The notes: generated from the letters alone by a model not told the origin. Positions 28,697 to 38,074 are shown, counted from the first letter of the stretch. The stretch: 64,000 nucleotides of DNA from a virus (IMGVR_UViG_3300014968_000001:8496-72495), one strand, 5' to 3'. Numbers and translations: made by a program.

Positions 28697-30160
28697 ATGG
28701 CAACCGAACCACAAAAAACAGAAGAACAATTGGCCGCAGAAAAAACGGCGGCAGACACAGAGGCAATCAAGACCAACGCAGATGGCATCGACCAATTTCT
28801 TGGGGAAATCCTCCAAAAAGAAACGCCGGACGAGAAGGCGGCGAAAGCCAAGGCGGACGCGGCGGCAAAAACGGCCAAAGAAGGGGAGAAATCCGAGTTG
28901 CAGCGCAAGGCGGATTTGGCGAAGGAGCGGAAGGAAAAGGCCAAGCAGGAACGGGAAGCCAAAGCGAAGGAAATCGCCAGCAAACCCATTGATGCCGATG
29001 CCATCGCCGAAGCGGCAGCGCGGGGCACGGTGAGCGCCCTCGAAAAAAGCCGGGAAGAAGCGGCACGCAAGGCGGCGGAGGATGCTGAGAAGGGTAAAGG
29101 CGATCAATATTCCCATTTGGACGAGGATCAAAAGGCGGATTTGCCGATCCTGCAACAGATGGAGAAGGCCAACCCGACGAAATACAAGGGATTGTCCGAT
29201 AAATACGCCAAGAGCGTCAAAGCCCTGGCGGAATATCGTGAGGCGTGGGAAAAGGCCAACCCGGACAAGGAATTCAACGGGGAAGACGACGAACACAACG
29301 AATTTTTCGCCAAGAACGAAGTCGGCTGGAAAGACCGGGATTACGCCGAAGCCATCGCGGACCTGAAATTGGAGAAGATGCAGGCCAATCTCAAGCAGGA
29401 GAACGACAAAGCCATCGGCGAACTCAAAGGCAAGGAACGTGCGCGCGAATTGGAGCCGTTGGCCGTCACCGAGGCGAAGCGAGGGGCGCGGGAATTGTTC
29501 AAATCGCTCGGGGGCGAGTTTGAAAAGGTCGTGGACGAGAACGGATTGGTCAACGGTGAGGCGGTGAAGAAACTGCACGCCGAAGATGACCGTGCTGGAA
29601 TGGCGTTCGCCGCGGCAACTCACCTTGAAAACCTGTGCGCGGAGAATTATCGCCTGTTCAACGGCATCAAACCATTCGACGCGAATAATCCGGTTCACAA
29701 ACAACTGGCGGATTACGCCTTGGCGCAGGAGACAGATATGTTGAATCTGCCGCCGCAAGACCAGATTGATGACAAGGGCAGGCAATTCGCTCCGAACGCT
29801 GATTATTGGAAGATGACCAAGGCGCAGCGCGAACGGCATTGGACGTTTAATATGACAGATTTGAACACGCTTTTGGCGGCGGATGTGGCCACAAATCTCA
29901 AAAATCAGATAACCGCGCGAGAGAAGGAGATGTCTGCTTGGGCGGAAAAACGCGGATATAAACGCGCCGCAGGCGACGGCGAACCGGAACGCAAGAATGG
30001 TGAGGAACACCACGAGGAACAGGGCAAGGAAGAAGAAGTCGAGCAAGTGGAAAAGCCGAGGGCGGTGACATCCATTCCCGACTCACAGGTGGCGCAGTAT
30101 CGAACGGCGAAATTAACCGGAAAACAAAATGGCGTGAGCCGCTTCTTTTCTGACTTCTGA
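28697..30160 (+). CDS. Capsid scaffolding protein
   Basis: 487 aa, highly charged E/K/A helices, immediately upstream of the capsid gene. Confidence 0.7.
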   Translation: MATEPQKTEEQLAAEKTAADTEAIKTNADGIDQFLGEILQKETPDEKAAKAKADAAAKTAKEGEKSELQRKADLAKERKEKAKQEREAKAKEIASKPIDADAIAEAAARGTVSALEKSREEAARKAAEDAEKGKGDQYSHLDEDQKADLPILQQMEKANPTKYKGLSDKYAKSVKALAEYREAWEKANPDKEFNGEDDEHNEFFAKNEVGWKDRDYAEAIADLKLEKMQANLKQENDKAIGELKGKERARELEPLAVTEAKRGARELFKSLGGEFEKVVDENGLVNGEAVKKLHAEDDRAGMAFAAATHLENLCAENYRLFNGIKPFDANNPVHKQLADYALAQETDMLNLPPQDQIDDKGRQFAPNADYWKMTKAQRERHWTFNMTDLNTLLAADVATNLKNQITAREKEMSAWAEKRGYKRAAGDGEPERKNGEEHHEEQGKEEEVEQVEKPRAVTSIPDSQVAQYRTAKLTGKQNGVSRFFSDF

Positions 30161-30215
30161 TGTCGCAAAGTAGTTTGAGCGCACGGGAACCATAAAGGTT
30201 CCCCGCGAACAAACT

Positions 30216-32150
30216 ATGGCGAATACGACGAATAACAATCTGCTCCTGGCACCGAACGCATTCTCGAAGTGCGCCCCGAACCTTTCCACCAACATCAAGC
30301 AATGCGGCACGGTGACGTTGTGCAACGCCATCCCCATGACGCCTGCCGACCTGAGTACCGCGTTCACGTCCGGCGGCAATTATCGCGTGATGTCGTCCCT
30401 GCTGAAGCACGACATGGAAATCAAGATGTGCTCGGCCAAGCAGAATGGCCTGTACGACTTCCTGATGGCCAACAAGGTGTCGATGGGCCACAAAATCCGC
30501 ACGGAGAAAATCAATTCCGGCCTTATCCGCATCGCCCCCTACGTTCTCGCCCGTCAGTACACGAACATCAACAACGAATACTGGCAGGTATCCAACGGCG
30601 CGACCAACGGCGCCTACTGGCAGGTCGATGTTACCAGCCCGACTGGGATTCCGGCCAATGAACGCTCTTTCGGTCCCGGCAATCGCGTGTTCATCGACGG
30701 TGTGACCGGCGGCGGCACGGCTACCCACACGGAATGGCTGATTATTTCCTCGACTGTCACCGGCAACACGGTGGTCCTGATTTTGCAGGCGGCGCAAGCC
30801 GGTTCCTACCTGGCGGCTTCCAGTTTGACCAGCCCGACGGTCGGCATTATGACCCGCGGCACGGCGAACGTAAACGATTACGAGAAGTATTGCGATGAGC
30901 CGGCGGCTTACCTGAACTGGAACAACGTTCCGTTCTGGACGGAAACGATGCGAACCACGGTTTGCACGTCCGAACAATATCAGCTCTGGCGCAAGCTTCT
31001 GCTGGCCGACAACCCGCTCTACGCTGAATACGGCGACCTCGACGAGATCGAGAAGAACCGCCAGTTGGGTGCCGATTGGCAGAAGCGCATGGTGGCTCAG
31101 ATGTTCTGGGGTAAGGCGACCAATGCCAACCAGACCCTCGCGCTCTATCCGAACCTGCCGCAAATCGAAACCTATCCGGGTGGAAATTTCGACGTTGGCG
31201 GCGCGCAATGCGTCGGTGTTCGCGCCGACATGATCGGGCTTTACGAGCAGATGGCGCAATGCGGTCGGATCGTTGACCTGCAAGGCGCGGCGCTGAACCT
31301 GATTTCCCTGTTCAATGCGCTCTATCAGATGATGCGCGTGCGGGAAGGTTCCACGGGTCAAAACGTTAAGTCGTTCGATTTGTTCACGGACAATCAGACC
31401 GCCGAAGCCATCAATTACGCGATGGTGACGCAGTATTACCAGAGCAAGAGCAACAACCAGTTGCGCTTGAACTACGACGTGAACGCCAGCGGGAATGCTC
31501 CGCAATCGGCCAATTTCGGGTTCAACTTCCGGTCTTACAACCTGTTCTACCCGAACGTGCGTATCAATGTCGTGACGCATTATTACTTTGACGATTACGT
31601 GACCGCGCAGGCGGCAGTCGGAAACAACAACGGACGCTTCCTGTGGTGCCTGGATTTCACGGGCATCTATCCCGGCATCATGGCGACCAACCGCAAGGTG
31701 CTGAACACGGGCGACCTCAAGACGCTCGCGGCGATTGATTCCTCATGGGGCTGCGTCATGGAAGTGTTCACCAAACAGACCACGGCGACGAGTGTTACCG
31801 GGACGATGGTGGTGGAATGTCCGGCGGCGAACCTGATGATCGAAAACTTCCCGTTGACCGGCATCATCGGCAGCAATGTGTCGCCGAACCCGACCACGCC
31901 GCCCGTGTATCCGCCGTCGGCGACCAGCACGACCACGACGACCACCTTGGGCACGTTGTATTACAATACGCTTCAATCGTTCACGGCGACGTGTCCGGTG
32001 GGTTACGAGGGTGCTCCGGTGACTGTGAGCAGCGCGGCGAATTCGTTTGTGTCGAGCATCTCGCAGGCGGACGCCAATGCGAAAGCGTTGAGCGCGGCGA
32101 CCTTGGCAGCGCAACAGCAATTGGTCTGCACGCCAATCAATAATCCGTAA
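30216..32150 (+). CDS. Major capsid protein with C-terminal Thr-rich linker and DUF5977-like domain
   Basis: Follows portal and scaffold; spine-helix-like EKNRQLGADWQKRMVAQMFWG; terminator follows; extension after PNPTTPPVYPPSATSTTTTTT. Confidence 0.8.
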   Translation: MANTTNNNLLLAPNAFSKCAPNLSTNIKQCGTVTLCNAIPMTPADLSTAFTSGGNYRVMSSLLKHDMEIKMCSAKQNGLYDFLMANKVSMGHKIRTEKINSGLIRIAPYVLARQYTNINNEYWQVSNGATNGAYWQVDVTSPTGIPANERSFGPGNRVFIDGVTGGGTATHTEWLIISSTVTGNTVVLILQAAQAGSYLAASSLTSPTVGIMTRGTANVNDYEKYCDEPAAYLNWNNVPFWTETMRTTVCTSEQYQLWRKLLLADNPLYAEYGDLDEIEKNRQLGADWQKRMVAQMFWGKATNANQTLALYPNLPQIETYPGGNFDVGGAQCVGVRADMIGLYEQMAQCGRIVDLQGAALNLISLFNALYQMMRVREGSTGQNVKSFDLFTDNQTAEAINYAMVTQYYQSKSNNQLRLNYDVNASGNAPQSANFGFNFRSYNLFYPNVRINVVTHYYFDDYVTAQAAVGNNNGRFLWCLDFTGIYPGIMATNRKVLNTGDLKTLAAIDSSWGCVMEVFTKQTTATSVTGTMVVECPAANLMIENFPLTGIIGSNVSPNPTTPPVYPPSATSTTTTTTLGTLYYNTLQSFTATCPVGYEGAPVTVSSAANSFVSSISQADANAKALSAATLAAQQQLVCTPINNP

Positions 32151-32202
32151 TGACATCTTCCGGCGATAATGAGCGCCGGGGGTTTAGGTTGCTGAGTGAT
32201 AG

Positions 32203-32241
32203 GCGCGGCCCTGGTGAACTTTCACACTGGGGCCGCGTTTT
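32203..32241 (+). terminator. Rho-independent terminator after the capsid gene
   Basis: GCGCGGCCCTGGTGAA-CT-TTCACACTGGGGCCGCG-TTTT. Confidence 0.7.
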
Positions 32242-32301
32242 CCACTTTACGGACGGAACAGTATTGGCTAAGAATGTTTGGACAGACTAACTCACATCAC
32301 T

Positions 32302-32877
32302 ATGACCAAAATATACTTCATCAAGGAACACGTTGTTAAACCCGCCACCGACAGCCAAGGGAGAGTCCTGCAATGGGTACCGCTCGGCGGTGACTATGGC
32401 TATGCTGAATTCGACGCGGAAGACCCAGCGGATGCGGCGAAGATCGAGGAACTGAAAGCCTTGTGCGGTCGGTTTGGGATTTATCAGGGAACCGAGGCCG
32501 AAGTGGAAGCAAAAAAAAAATTGCCGGTGTGGACGCCGCCCGCCTCGCCATTCGGGCCGCTGCGAGTCCTGCAAACGGCGCAAGACAACATCAACCCGCT
32601 CCCATCAAACGGCCAACCTGCTGCGGAGGTTAGCGCCGCCAGCCTGCAAGCGCAGCACAAGGCCGCGCAGAGCGAACTCAGCCGCGGCACTACCGGCATT
32701 CCCCAGGTGAAGTTGCCTTCGATGCCGCGTGAGACGCCGCAACCTATCCCGCAAATGAATCCGCCGGGGCCAGCTGGCGAACCGAAGCCGGTTTTGCCGC
32801 CAACATTTAAGCCGAAGGTGGGTAGAGCGCGCAAGGCGGCTGTGGAAACGCCGGCAAATCCGCCAGTGCCCGTCTAA
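32302..32877 (+). CDS. Hypothetical protein (small N-terminal domain plus Pro-rich tail)
   Basis: MTKIYFIKEH...; A10 run at 32511-32520 at the domain boundary. Confidence 0.65.
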   Translation: MTKIYFIKEHVVKPATDSQGRVLQWVPLGGDYGYAEFDAEDPADAAKIEELKALCGRFGIYQGTEAEVEAKKKLPVWTPPASPFGPLRVLQTAQDNINPLPSNGQPAAEVSAASLQAQHKAAQSELSRGTTGIPQVKLPSMPRETPQPIPQMNPPGPAGEPKPVLPPTFKPKVGRARKAAVETPANPPVPV

Positions 32878-32883
32878 TGACTA

Positions 32884-34590
32884 ATGGCCACAGTTTACAC
32901 ATTTGGCGACCTGCAAACGGAGCTTAAGCAGAGTTTGTTTCCGACCGGATTGCCTGTCAATTTGGTCGTTCCAGTTCGCCTGATGTTCGTCGAGGCCATG
33001 TTGGATTTGCAGAAGTTCGTCGAGTGCCTGCAAATCAATAACGTCCAAGTCATTCCTCAATGCAATACCTTCTTCAAATGCGGGTACACCGTGACCGATG
33101 CTCCGAGGGGAAGAATCACAAGGGTGTACACCATCGACAAAATCAATCAGGAAACGGGATTGGAAGACCCGACCGTGGCTTTGGATTGGTGTTCAGTGGT
33201 GGAATTGAGGCAGGCGAATTACGATGACCTTGACCGTTACGTTTCCACGACTTTGGCGGGATCGTTGGGGGAAGGATTCTGGCCGTGGCTGATTGGTTTT
33301 GGATTGCAGGGCGTCGTGGCATTTCCCTCGACGTGCCTGAACTGGTGGTATGACAAATACGCTTACCCGCCACCCGATGATACGCCGTTCGCCAAGTCGC
33401 CACCGTTGCCGTTGGGTTTTCATTACCCGCAATCCGCCACCGACAATCCTGCTGGCCGTTCGCAATGGGGTTTGTGGGCGTTGAAAGGTGGTCAGATATA
33501 CGTGGCGCCGTGGATTCAAAGCACGGAGACGCTGGTGATAGAATGGAACGGGCTGAAGCGGGATTGGCAGGACTCGGACCTCGTGGACAACGATCCGATG
33601 TTGAAACAGGCGGTTGAAGCGTATGTGTCCAAGGAATACGCCCGGAAGTACGACCGGGATTACGATGCCGAAGCGTCATTCGCGGCAAGGTTCAATGAAG
33701 CCCGGGCGATTTTGATGGATGAATGCCGGCGCGAGACGGAAATCAGGGATTCAGGCGAAGGCGCGGCGGCGCGCGGAGCGGCGTTGATAGTGCCGACGTT
33801 CGTGAATGACGCGCAGACAGCCACGGCGCAATGCCCTACTGGCACTACCGGAGCATCCGTGAGTTACACCGTGCCTCAAGGATTCGTGGTTTCAACGGTG
33901 TCAGTTGCCGATGCCAACGCGCGCGCTCTAAGCCTTGCATTGCAGACGGCGGGTCAGCAATTGACTTGCACGGTTACGCCACCCACATTTTTCAATACGC
34001 CACAGAGTTTCACGGCCAATTGCGGCACGGGCACTGGCAGCCCTGTGACAGTGAACATCGCCGCCGGTCAATTCTCGTCCATTATCAGTCAAGCCGATGC
34101 TGACGCTCAGGCTTTAGCAGCGGCGACGGCAGCGGCGGAATCGCAGATACATTGTACGTTCTTGAATACGCAGCAGCAATATACAGCCACATGCCCACAG
34201 GGAACCACCGGAACACCAGTGACCAAGACCGTTGCGGCAGGGGCCTACACGTCTACTATTTCGCAGAGTGATGCCGATCAGAAGGCGTTGACCGATGCCA
34301 CGAATCAGGCGAATGCCGCGTTGACGTGCAATGTGCCGCCAACGGTGTTTTGGAACACGGAACAAACCGTTACCAATAACCGTGTGTGTTTTGGCCGGGT
34401 TGGCTGCACGCCAAAGACGTTTACGGAGAGTTATACCGTTCCTGCGCATACCATTTCATCAATCGGCTCTCAAGGTGCGGCAAACCTGGCGGCGATAAAT
34501 TTGGGGCAAAACATTGTGAACTCGCTGCTGAGTGCTGACTGCGCTAATTATGCGGTCACATGCTCAGGCGGCCCGGGAGGTGGATTGTGA
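32884..34590 (+). CDS. Head-tail adaptor (P22 gp4 / T7 gp11-like) fused to four DUF5977-like repeats
   Basis: N-terminal TFGDLQTELKQSL helix, beta insert, MLKQAVEAYV helix; repeats at 33799-34540. Confidence 0.7.
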   Translation: MATVYTFGDLQTELKQSLFPTGLPVNLVVPVRLMFVEAMLDLQKFVECLQINNVQVIPQCNTFFKCGYTVTDAPRGRITRVYTIDKINQETGLEDPTVALDWCSVVELRQANYDDLDRYVSTTLAGSLGEGFWPWLIGFGLQGVVAFPSTCLNWWYDKYAYPPPDDTPFAKSPPLPLGFHYPQSATDNPAGRSQWGLWALKGGQIYVAPWIQSTETLVIEWNGLKRDWQDSDLVDNDPMLKQAVEAYVSKEYARKYDRDYDAEASFAARFNEARAILMDECRRETEIRDSGEGAAARGAALIVPTFVNDAQTATAQCPTGTTGASVSYTVPQGFVVSTVSVADANARALSLALQTAGQQLTCTVTPPTFFNTPQSFTANCGTGTGSPVTVNIAAGQFSSIISQADADAQALAAATAAAESQIHCTFLNTQQQYTATCPQGTTGTPVTKTVAAGAYTSTISQSDADQKALTDATNQANAALTCNVPPTVFWNTEQTVTNNRVCFGRVGCTPKTFTESYTVPAHTISSIGSQGAANLAAINLGQNIVNSLLSADCANYAVTCSGGPGGGL

Positions 34591-37385
34591 GCAATTTTCC
34601 CAACATCATCAACACGCCGTGCATACCCACGACGCCGCCGCCGCCAGACCCGCGTTGTGCTGACAAGGCGTTCGCCCTGGCAAATCCCGGAATTTGTTCC
34701 ACGACGCCGGTTCTGATTCTCAAGCCGGGTGTGCTGCTGACGTGCGCCCTTGGTTCGGTGCAGTTCAAAACCTTCCTCGATTTGGCAGGTGTCGAAACCG
34801 AGGTGAAGGATGGCGTCGTATATTCCTCGTCGAATTCGACGGTGGCGCTCATCGGCGCAAGCACGGGGAACGCCACGGGCATTGCTTCGGGTGAAGTCAC
34901 CATTTCAGCCACGTATCAGGGACAGACCGCCACAGCGTCACTGACGGTCATTGGAAACGCCAGCGGGGGCGGTTGCTGCGGTGGAACCACCGTGGCGACC
35001 ATGCTCGTGGTGGACGTGAGTAAATCCATGTCGCTCAATTTCGGTAGTGGTTTTGCCACCAAACTGGACTACGCAAAGTCAGTTGCCACCACTTACGCGA
35101 ATCAGACGAATACCCAGAAGGACGTTATCGGTCTGGTATCGTTCGATTCCACGGCAACCACGGTGGTTACTCCAACGAGCAACATCGCCAGTGTCACCGC
35201 AGCGATTGCAGGACTGACGAATCAACCGAGCAAGACTAGCATTGGGATTGCGTTGCAGGCTGCGATAGATGCTTTGGCCGCGGTCACGGCTGACATAAAG
35301 GTGATCGTCCTGATTTCAGACGGTGAAAATGAGGACACGGATGCTGCGAATGATCCCATCACCATCTCCGAAGGTTGGCAGTCGCCGGAAAGCGTGGTCA
35401 TTTGTTTTGGCGTCCGGGCATCTGCCACAGCCAACGGATTCAATTTGCTCAACGGACTGGCGACAGGGGGCTTCTTCGTCAATTCATACCCGTCAATTGC
35501 CGCAACTGCTCCGGTCACGCTCGACGGATTGAAGGGATATATCTGCGCCGGCAATTGCACGCCGCCAGGGAACATCTACGAGGCAGAAGGGGCGCTGAAT
35601 TACACTGGGTTTGCCAATTGGAACGTCACGTACGGCGAAGTGGATTTGTTTGGCAACGGTTTCTTCGATGTCCTGCCGGGGAACGGGCTGTATGTGAACA
35701 TGAGTTCCATCCTCGTGCCTGCCGGAATCAAGAGCAAGTTGACCAGCAAAACGGCATTCAATTTTGTCACCGGCAAGACGTATCGGTTGAGCATTTCCGT
35801 GGCTGGAAATCAGACCGTGGCGGGAACATTCGGGTTGGCGGTGGCAATTACCAATGGAGTCCTGAACCAGACCGTCACCATCACGGATTACACGCAGGAT
35901 TTTAATTCTTATTCGTTCAACTTCACCGTGCCAGCGAATGTCAGTGGCAACATCACCCTGAACGAGTCGTCGAATCTGGACAATGTTCTGATTGATAATG
36001 TCGCGCTGATTGATGTGACGGATTTGGTGACGATGTTCTCGGACAATTTCGATACCGAGAACATTCAGTATGTGCCGCCTGCTTGCGGGGTGGGAAATCA
36101 ATATGTCGTGATTGGCCGGGACACGACGCGGGTTGTTTTGTCGGGAGGCGGATTTTCGGACGGAAACCAAACCTACACGAAATCTTCTGATACGATTTAC
36201 GGTGGCGACGGGGGCGTTTCCATCCTATTCGTTTCGGTGGACAACGCATGGGAAGTCACAGACATGTTCGCGGTGGTGCATTACACATGCAGTCCGGCAA
36301 ACTTCCCGGTCGGCCCGTGGAATGTAATTAATGGCGAGCCTCCCGGTCCGACAGGGGCGTACCTGCCGATGTACGGTTACGCATACGGCTACAATTGCTA
36401 CGGGTACGGTTGTCTCGACACGCCGCCAGGGGATCAGTTGCCCGACCCGAATCCGTTGCCCGACATTGAGGCTGGATTTGTCCCGCCAATACCATACACG
36501 ACCACCCAGAGCGTTACGGTCTATTGCCCGCAAGGAACGGTTCAGGACGATGGTGGGAACACCGGCGCGACGGGCACTGCGACATACACGAGCTACATTT
36601 CGATGCAGGACGCCATCAACAATGCGCTGGCTCTGGCGACCGCGAATGCCAACGCGAATCTTGGGGCGATAGGTTGCAAGACTCAATACACGTCCACCCA
36701 GACTTATACCGCGACGTGTCCAGTCGGTCAATTTGGGCCACCTGTGACCAAGAGCGCGACGGCGACCAGCTTCTTATCTCAGGCCGATGCAGACGCACAA
36801 GCTTTGGCGGCGGCGACAACAGCAGCTAATGCGGCGCTGTCCTGCAACGGATCGAACAACAACCTTCCCATAACAGCCATTGGCCCTTCGACCGGCGGGG
36901 CGACACCGTATCCGAGTGTTCAAGCGGTCAGTGGAATGACTGGGCTGATTACCAAAGTCACGGTCAACATCAATCAGTTCATTCACGCATATTGCACACA
37001 AGTTTGTGTGATGCTGCGCAGTCCTTCGGGCAGAACTGCCGTGATATTTTCCGGCATGGGTGGGCCGCATGTGTTGCTCACCCCAATCAATTTGGTATTC
37101 GATGATTCAGCGGGTGGCGTGCTTCCGGATTTCAACACGCCAACGGCAGGAACGTATCGCTGCTCGCCATACGACATTGCGGCAGTGCCGAATACTGACC
37201 CCTCCACTCCGTACACGCAGATAGCCTATTGGCCCGCCCCCGCACCACAGCCGAATTACGGATTAAATCTCGCAACTTTTATTGGTGATAATCCGAACGG
37301 TTCTTGGAGCCTTTGGGTCGCCTCAGCCTTGAATCGGGACACCGGTTCCATCGGTTCTTGGTCGGTGAATATTACCTCCGCATAA
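34587..37385 (+). CDS. Multidomain tail adhesin: Ig-like, vWA, CBM-like beta-sandwich, 2x DUF5977-like, proprotein-convertase P-domain
   Basis: YSSSNSTVA..GEVTISATY (Big_2-like); VVDVSKSM/TSIGIAL/LISDGE (MIDAS); TKVTVNI..H..MLRSPSG..NGSWSLWV...GSIGSWSVNI (P-domain). GTG start overlaps the adaptor stop. Confidence 0.75.
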   Translation: MSNFPNIINTPCIPTTPPPPDPRCADKAFALANPGICSTTPVLILKPGVLLTCALGSVQFKTFLDLAGVETEVKDGVVYSSSNSTVALIGASTGNATGIASGEVTISATYQGQTATASLTVIGNASGGGCCGGTTVATMLVVDVSKSMSLNFGSGFATKLDYAKSVATTYANQTNTQKDVIGLVSFDSTATTVVTPTSNIASVTAAIAGLTNQPSKTSIGIALQAAIDALAAVTADIKVIVLISDGENEDTDAANDPITISEGWQSPESVVICFGVRASATANGFNLLNGLATGGFFVNSYPSIAATAPVTLDGLKGYICAGNCTPPGNIYEAEGALNYTGFANWNVTYGEVDLFGNGFFDVLPGNGLYVNMSSILVPAGIKSKLTSKTAFNFVTGKTYRLSISVAGNQTVAGTFGLAVAITNGVLNQTVTITDYTQDFNSYSFNFTVPANVSGNITLNESSNLDNVLIDNVALIDVTDLVTMFSDNFDTENIQYVPPACGVGNQYVVIGRDTTRVVLSGGGFSDGNQTYTKSSDTIYGGDGGVSILFVSVDNAWEVTDMFAVVHYTCSPANFPVGPWNVINGEPPGPTGAYLPMYGYAYGYNCYGYGCLDTPPGDQLPDPNPLPDIEAGFVPPIPYTTTQSVTVYCPQGTVQDDGGNTGATGTATYTSYISMQDAINNALALATANANANLGAIGCKTQYTSTQTYTATCPVGQFGPPVTKSATATSFLSQADADAQALAAATTAANAALSCNGSNNNLPITAIGPSTGGATPYPSVQAVSGMTGLITKVTVNINQFIHAYCTQVCVMLRSPSGRTAVIFSGMGGPHVLLTPINLVFDDSAGGVLPDFNTPTAGTYRCSPYDIAAVPNTDPSTPYTQIAYWPAPAPQPNYGLNLATFIGDNPNGSWSLWVASALNRDTGSIGSWSVNITSA

Positions 37386-37431
37386 TAAAGCAAAAAACTT
37401 GCTTGACAATAAAGCAACCGCGTAGGATTGT
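37384..37431 (+). promoter_or_regulatory. Candidate promoter, paralogue of the 16564 element
   Basis: AATAAAGCAAAAAACTTGCTTGACA (TTGACA 37403-37408), 21/25 identical to 16564-16588. Confidence 0.55.
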
Positions 37432-37440
37432 GTCCGCACT

Positions 37441-37641
37441 ATGGCACAAATACGAATGCGGGAAGAAGAAGATGGAAAGCAGGTTAAGACCCAGGCGGTG
37501 ACGCTTTATCTTCACGAGAAGGCGCACGAGAGGGCGCGGAAGATTGCCTTTGAGCGGACGACGCCAGAACGCACCATATCAGTTTCGGAAGTGTTGGTTG
37601 GGATTTTGGAGGGGGAGTTGATACCGAGGAAGGGCGTATGA
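37441..37641 (+). CDS. Ribbon-helix-helix-like DNA-binding protein
   Basis: AVTLYL strand, EKAHERARKIA helix, SVSEVLVGILE helix; first gene after the promoter. Confidence 0.6.
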   Translation: MAQIRMREEEDGKQVKTQAVTLYLHEKAHERARKIAFERTTPERTISVSEVLVGILEGELIPRKGV

Positions 37642-37886
37642 GTAAGACCAATACATCATCACCGGCGTTTCCAAGCGATTTCCGAAAGCACGGCGCTGAC
37701 TCGGACTACTGCGACTTTGGCCTCACCAAGCGTGAATATTTCGCGGCGATGGCGATGGGCGCTATATTTCATTCCTGCATTGTCGGTAAACAATTGGACG
37801 GAACGCCACATACGCCTCAAACCATTGCCATCGAATGCGTGAAAACTGCCGACGCCCTGCTCGCCGAACTGGAAAAGAAGCCATGA
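37638..37886 (+). CDS. Conserved small phage protein
   Basis: PAFP...GLTKREYFAAMAM...ADALLAE, a widespread lambdoid-type small-protein pattern. Confidence 0.7.
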   Translation: MSKTNTSSPAFPSDFRKHGADSDYCDFGLTKREYFAAMAMGAIFHSCIVGKQLDGTPHTPQTIAIECVKTADALLAELEKKP

Positions 37887-38074
37887 CATCCTCCACCTTA
37901 AACCTCTCCGACCTTCCCCCGCTCTGGAAATCCACGCGCGTAACGTGTTCCAAGTTCTCGCGGCATGAATTTGACGCGAACGGGATTTGCCCGTGCGGCC
38001 ACAAGAACGCTGAACGGCGGAAGCGGGATGAACGGGCACGGACGGATAGGGTGCGGGAGTTTATACGGCAATGA
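37883..38074 (+). CDS. Small hypothetical protein
   Basis: ATGA-coupled, 63 aa, C..H...CPCG. Confidence 0.55.
   Translation: MTSSTLNLSDLPPLWKSTRVTCSKFSRHEFDANGICPCGHKNAERRKRDERARTDRVREFIRQ

Larger units (their letters stand above)
31959..36845 (+). repeat. Seven protein-level copies of a ~55-65 aa DUF5977-like module across three structural genes
   Basis: Consensus (F/Y)N..Q..TA.CP.G..G..VT.T..A....S.ISQADA.A.AL..A...A...L.C at 31959-32129, 33799-33969, 33988-34155, 34159-34329, 34348-34540, 36495-36677, 36687-36845. Confidence 0.85.

Noticed and set aside
28679-31580. Long antisense ORFs (28679-30046, 29898-31580) and similar shadows such as 89-676, 5597-6568, 9907-11076 and 59331-60239
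   Set aside because: They lie opposite or across clear genes, have no protein-like motifs, and are expected from GC-rich codon bias.
31860-31960. T7 10A/10B-style frameshift or readthrough producing the capsid extension
   Set aside because: The extension is in frame, with no stop codon and no obvious slippery heptamer at the junction.
33799-36845. CRISPR array or DNA tandem repeat
   Set aside because: The repeats are in-frame protein modules with diverged DNA, not identical repeats with unique spacers.
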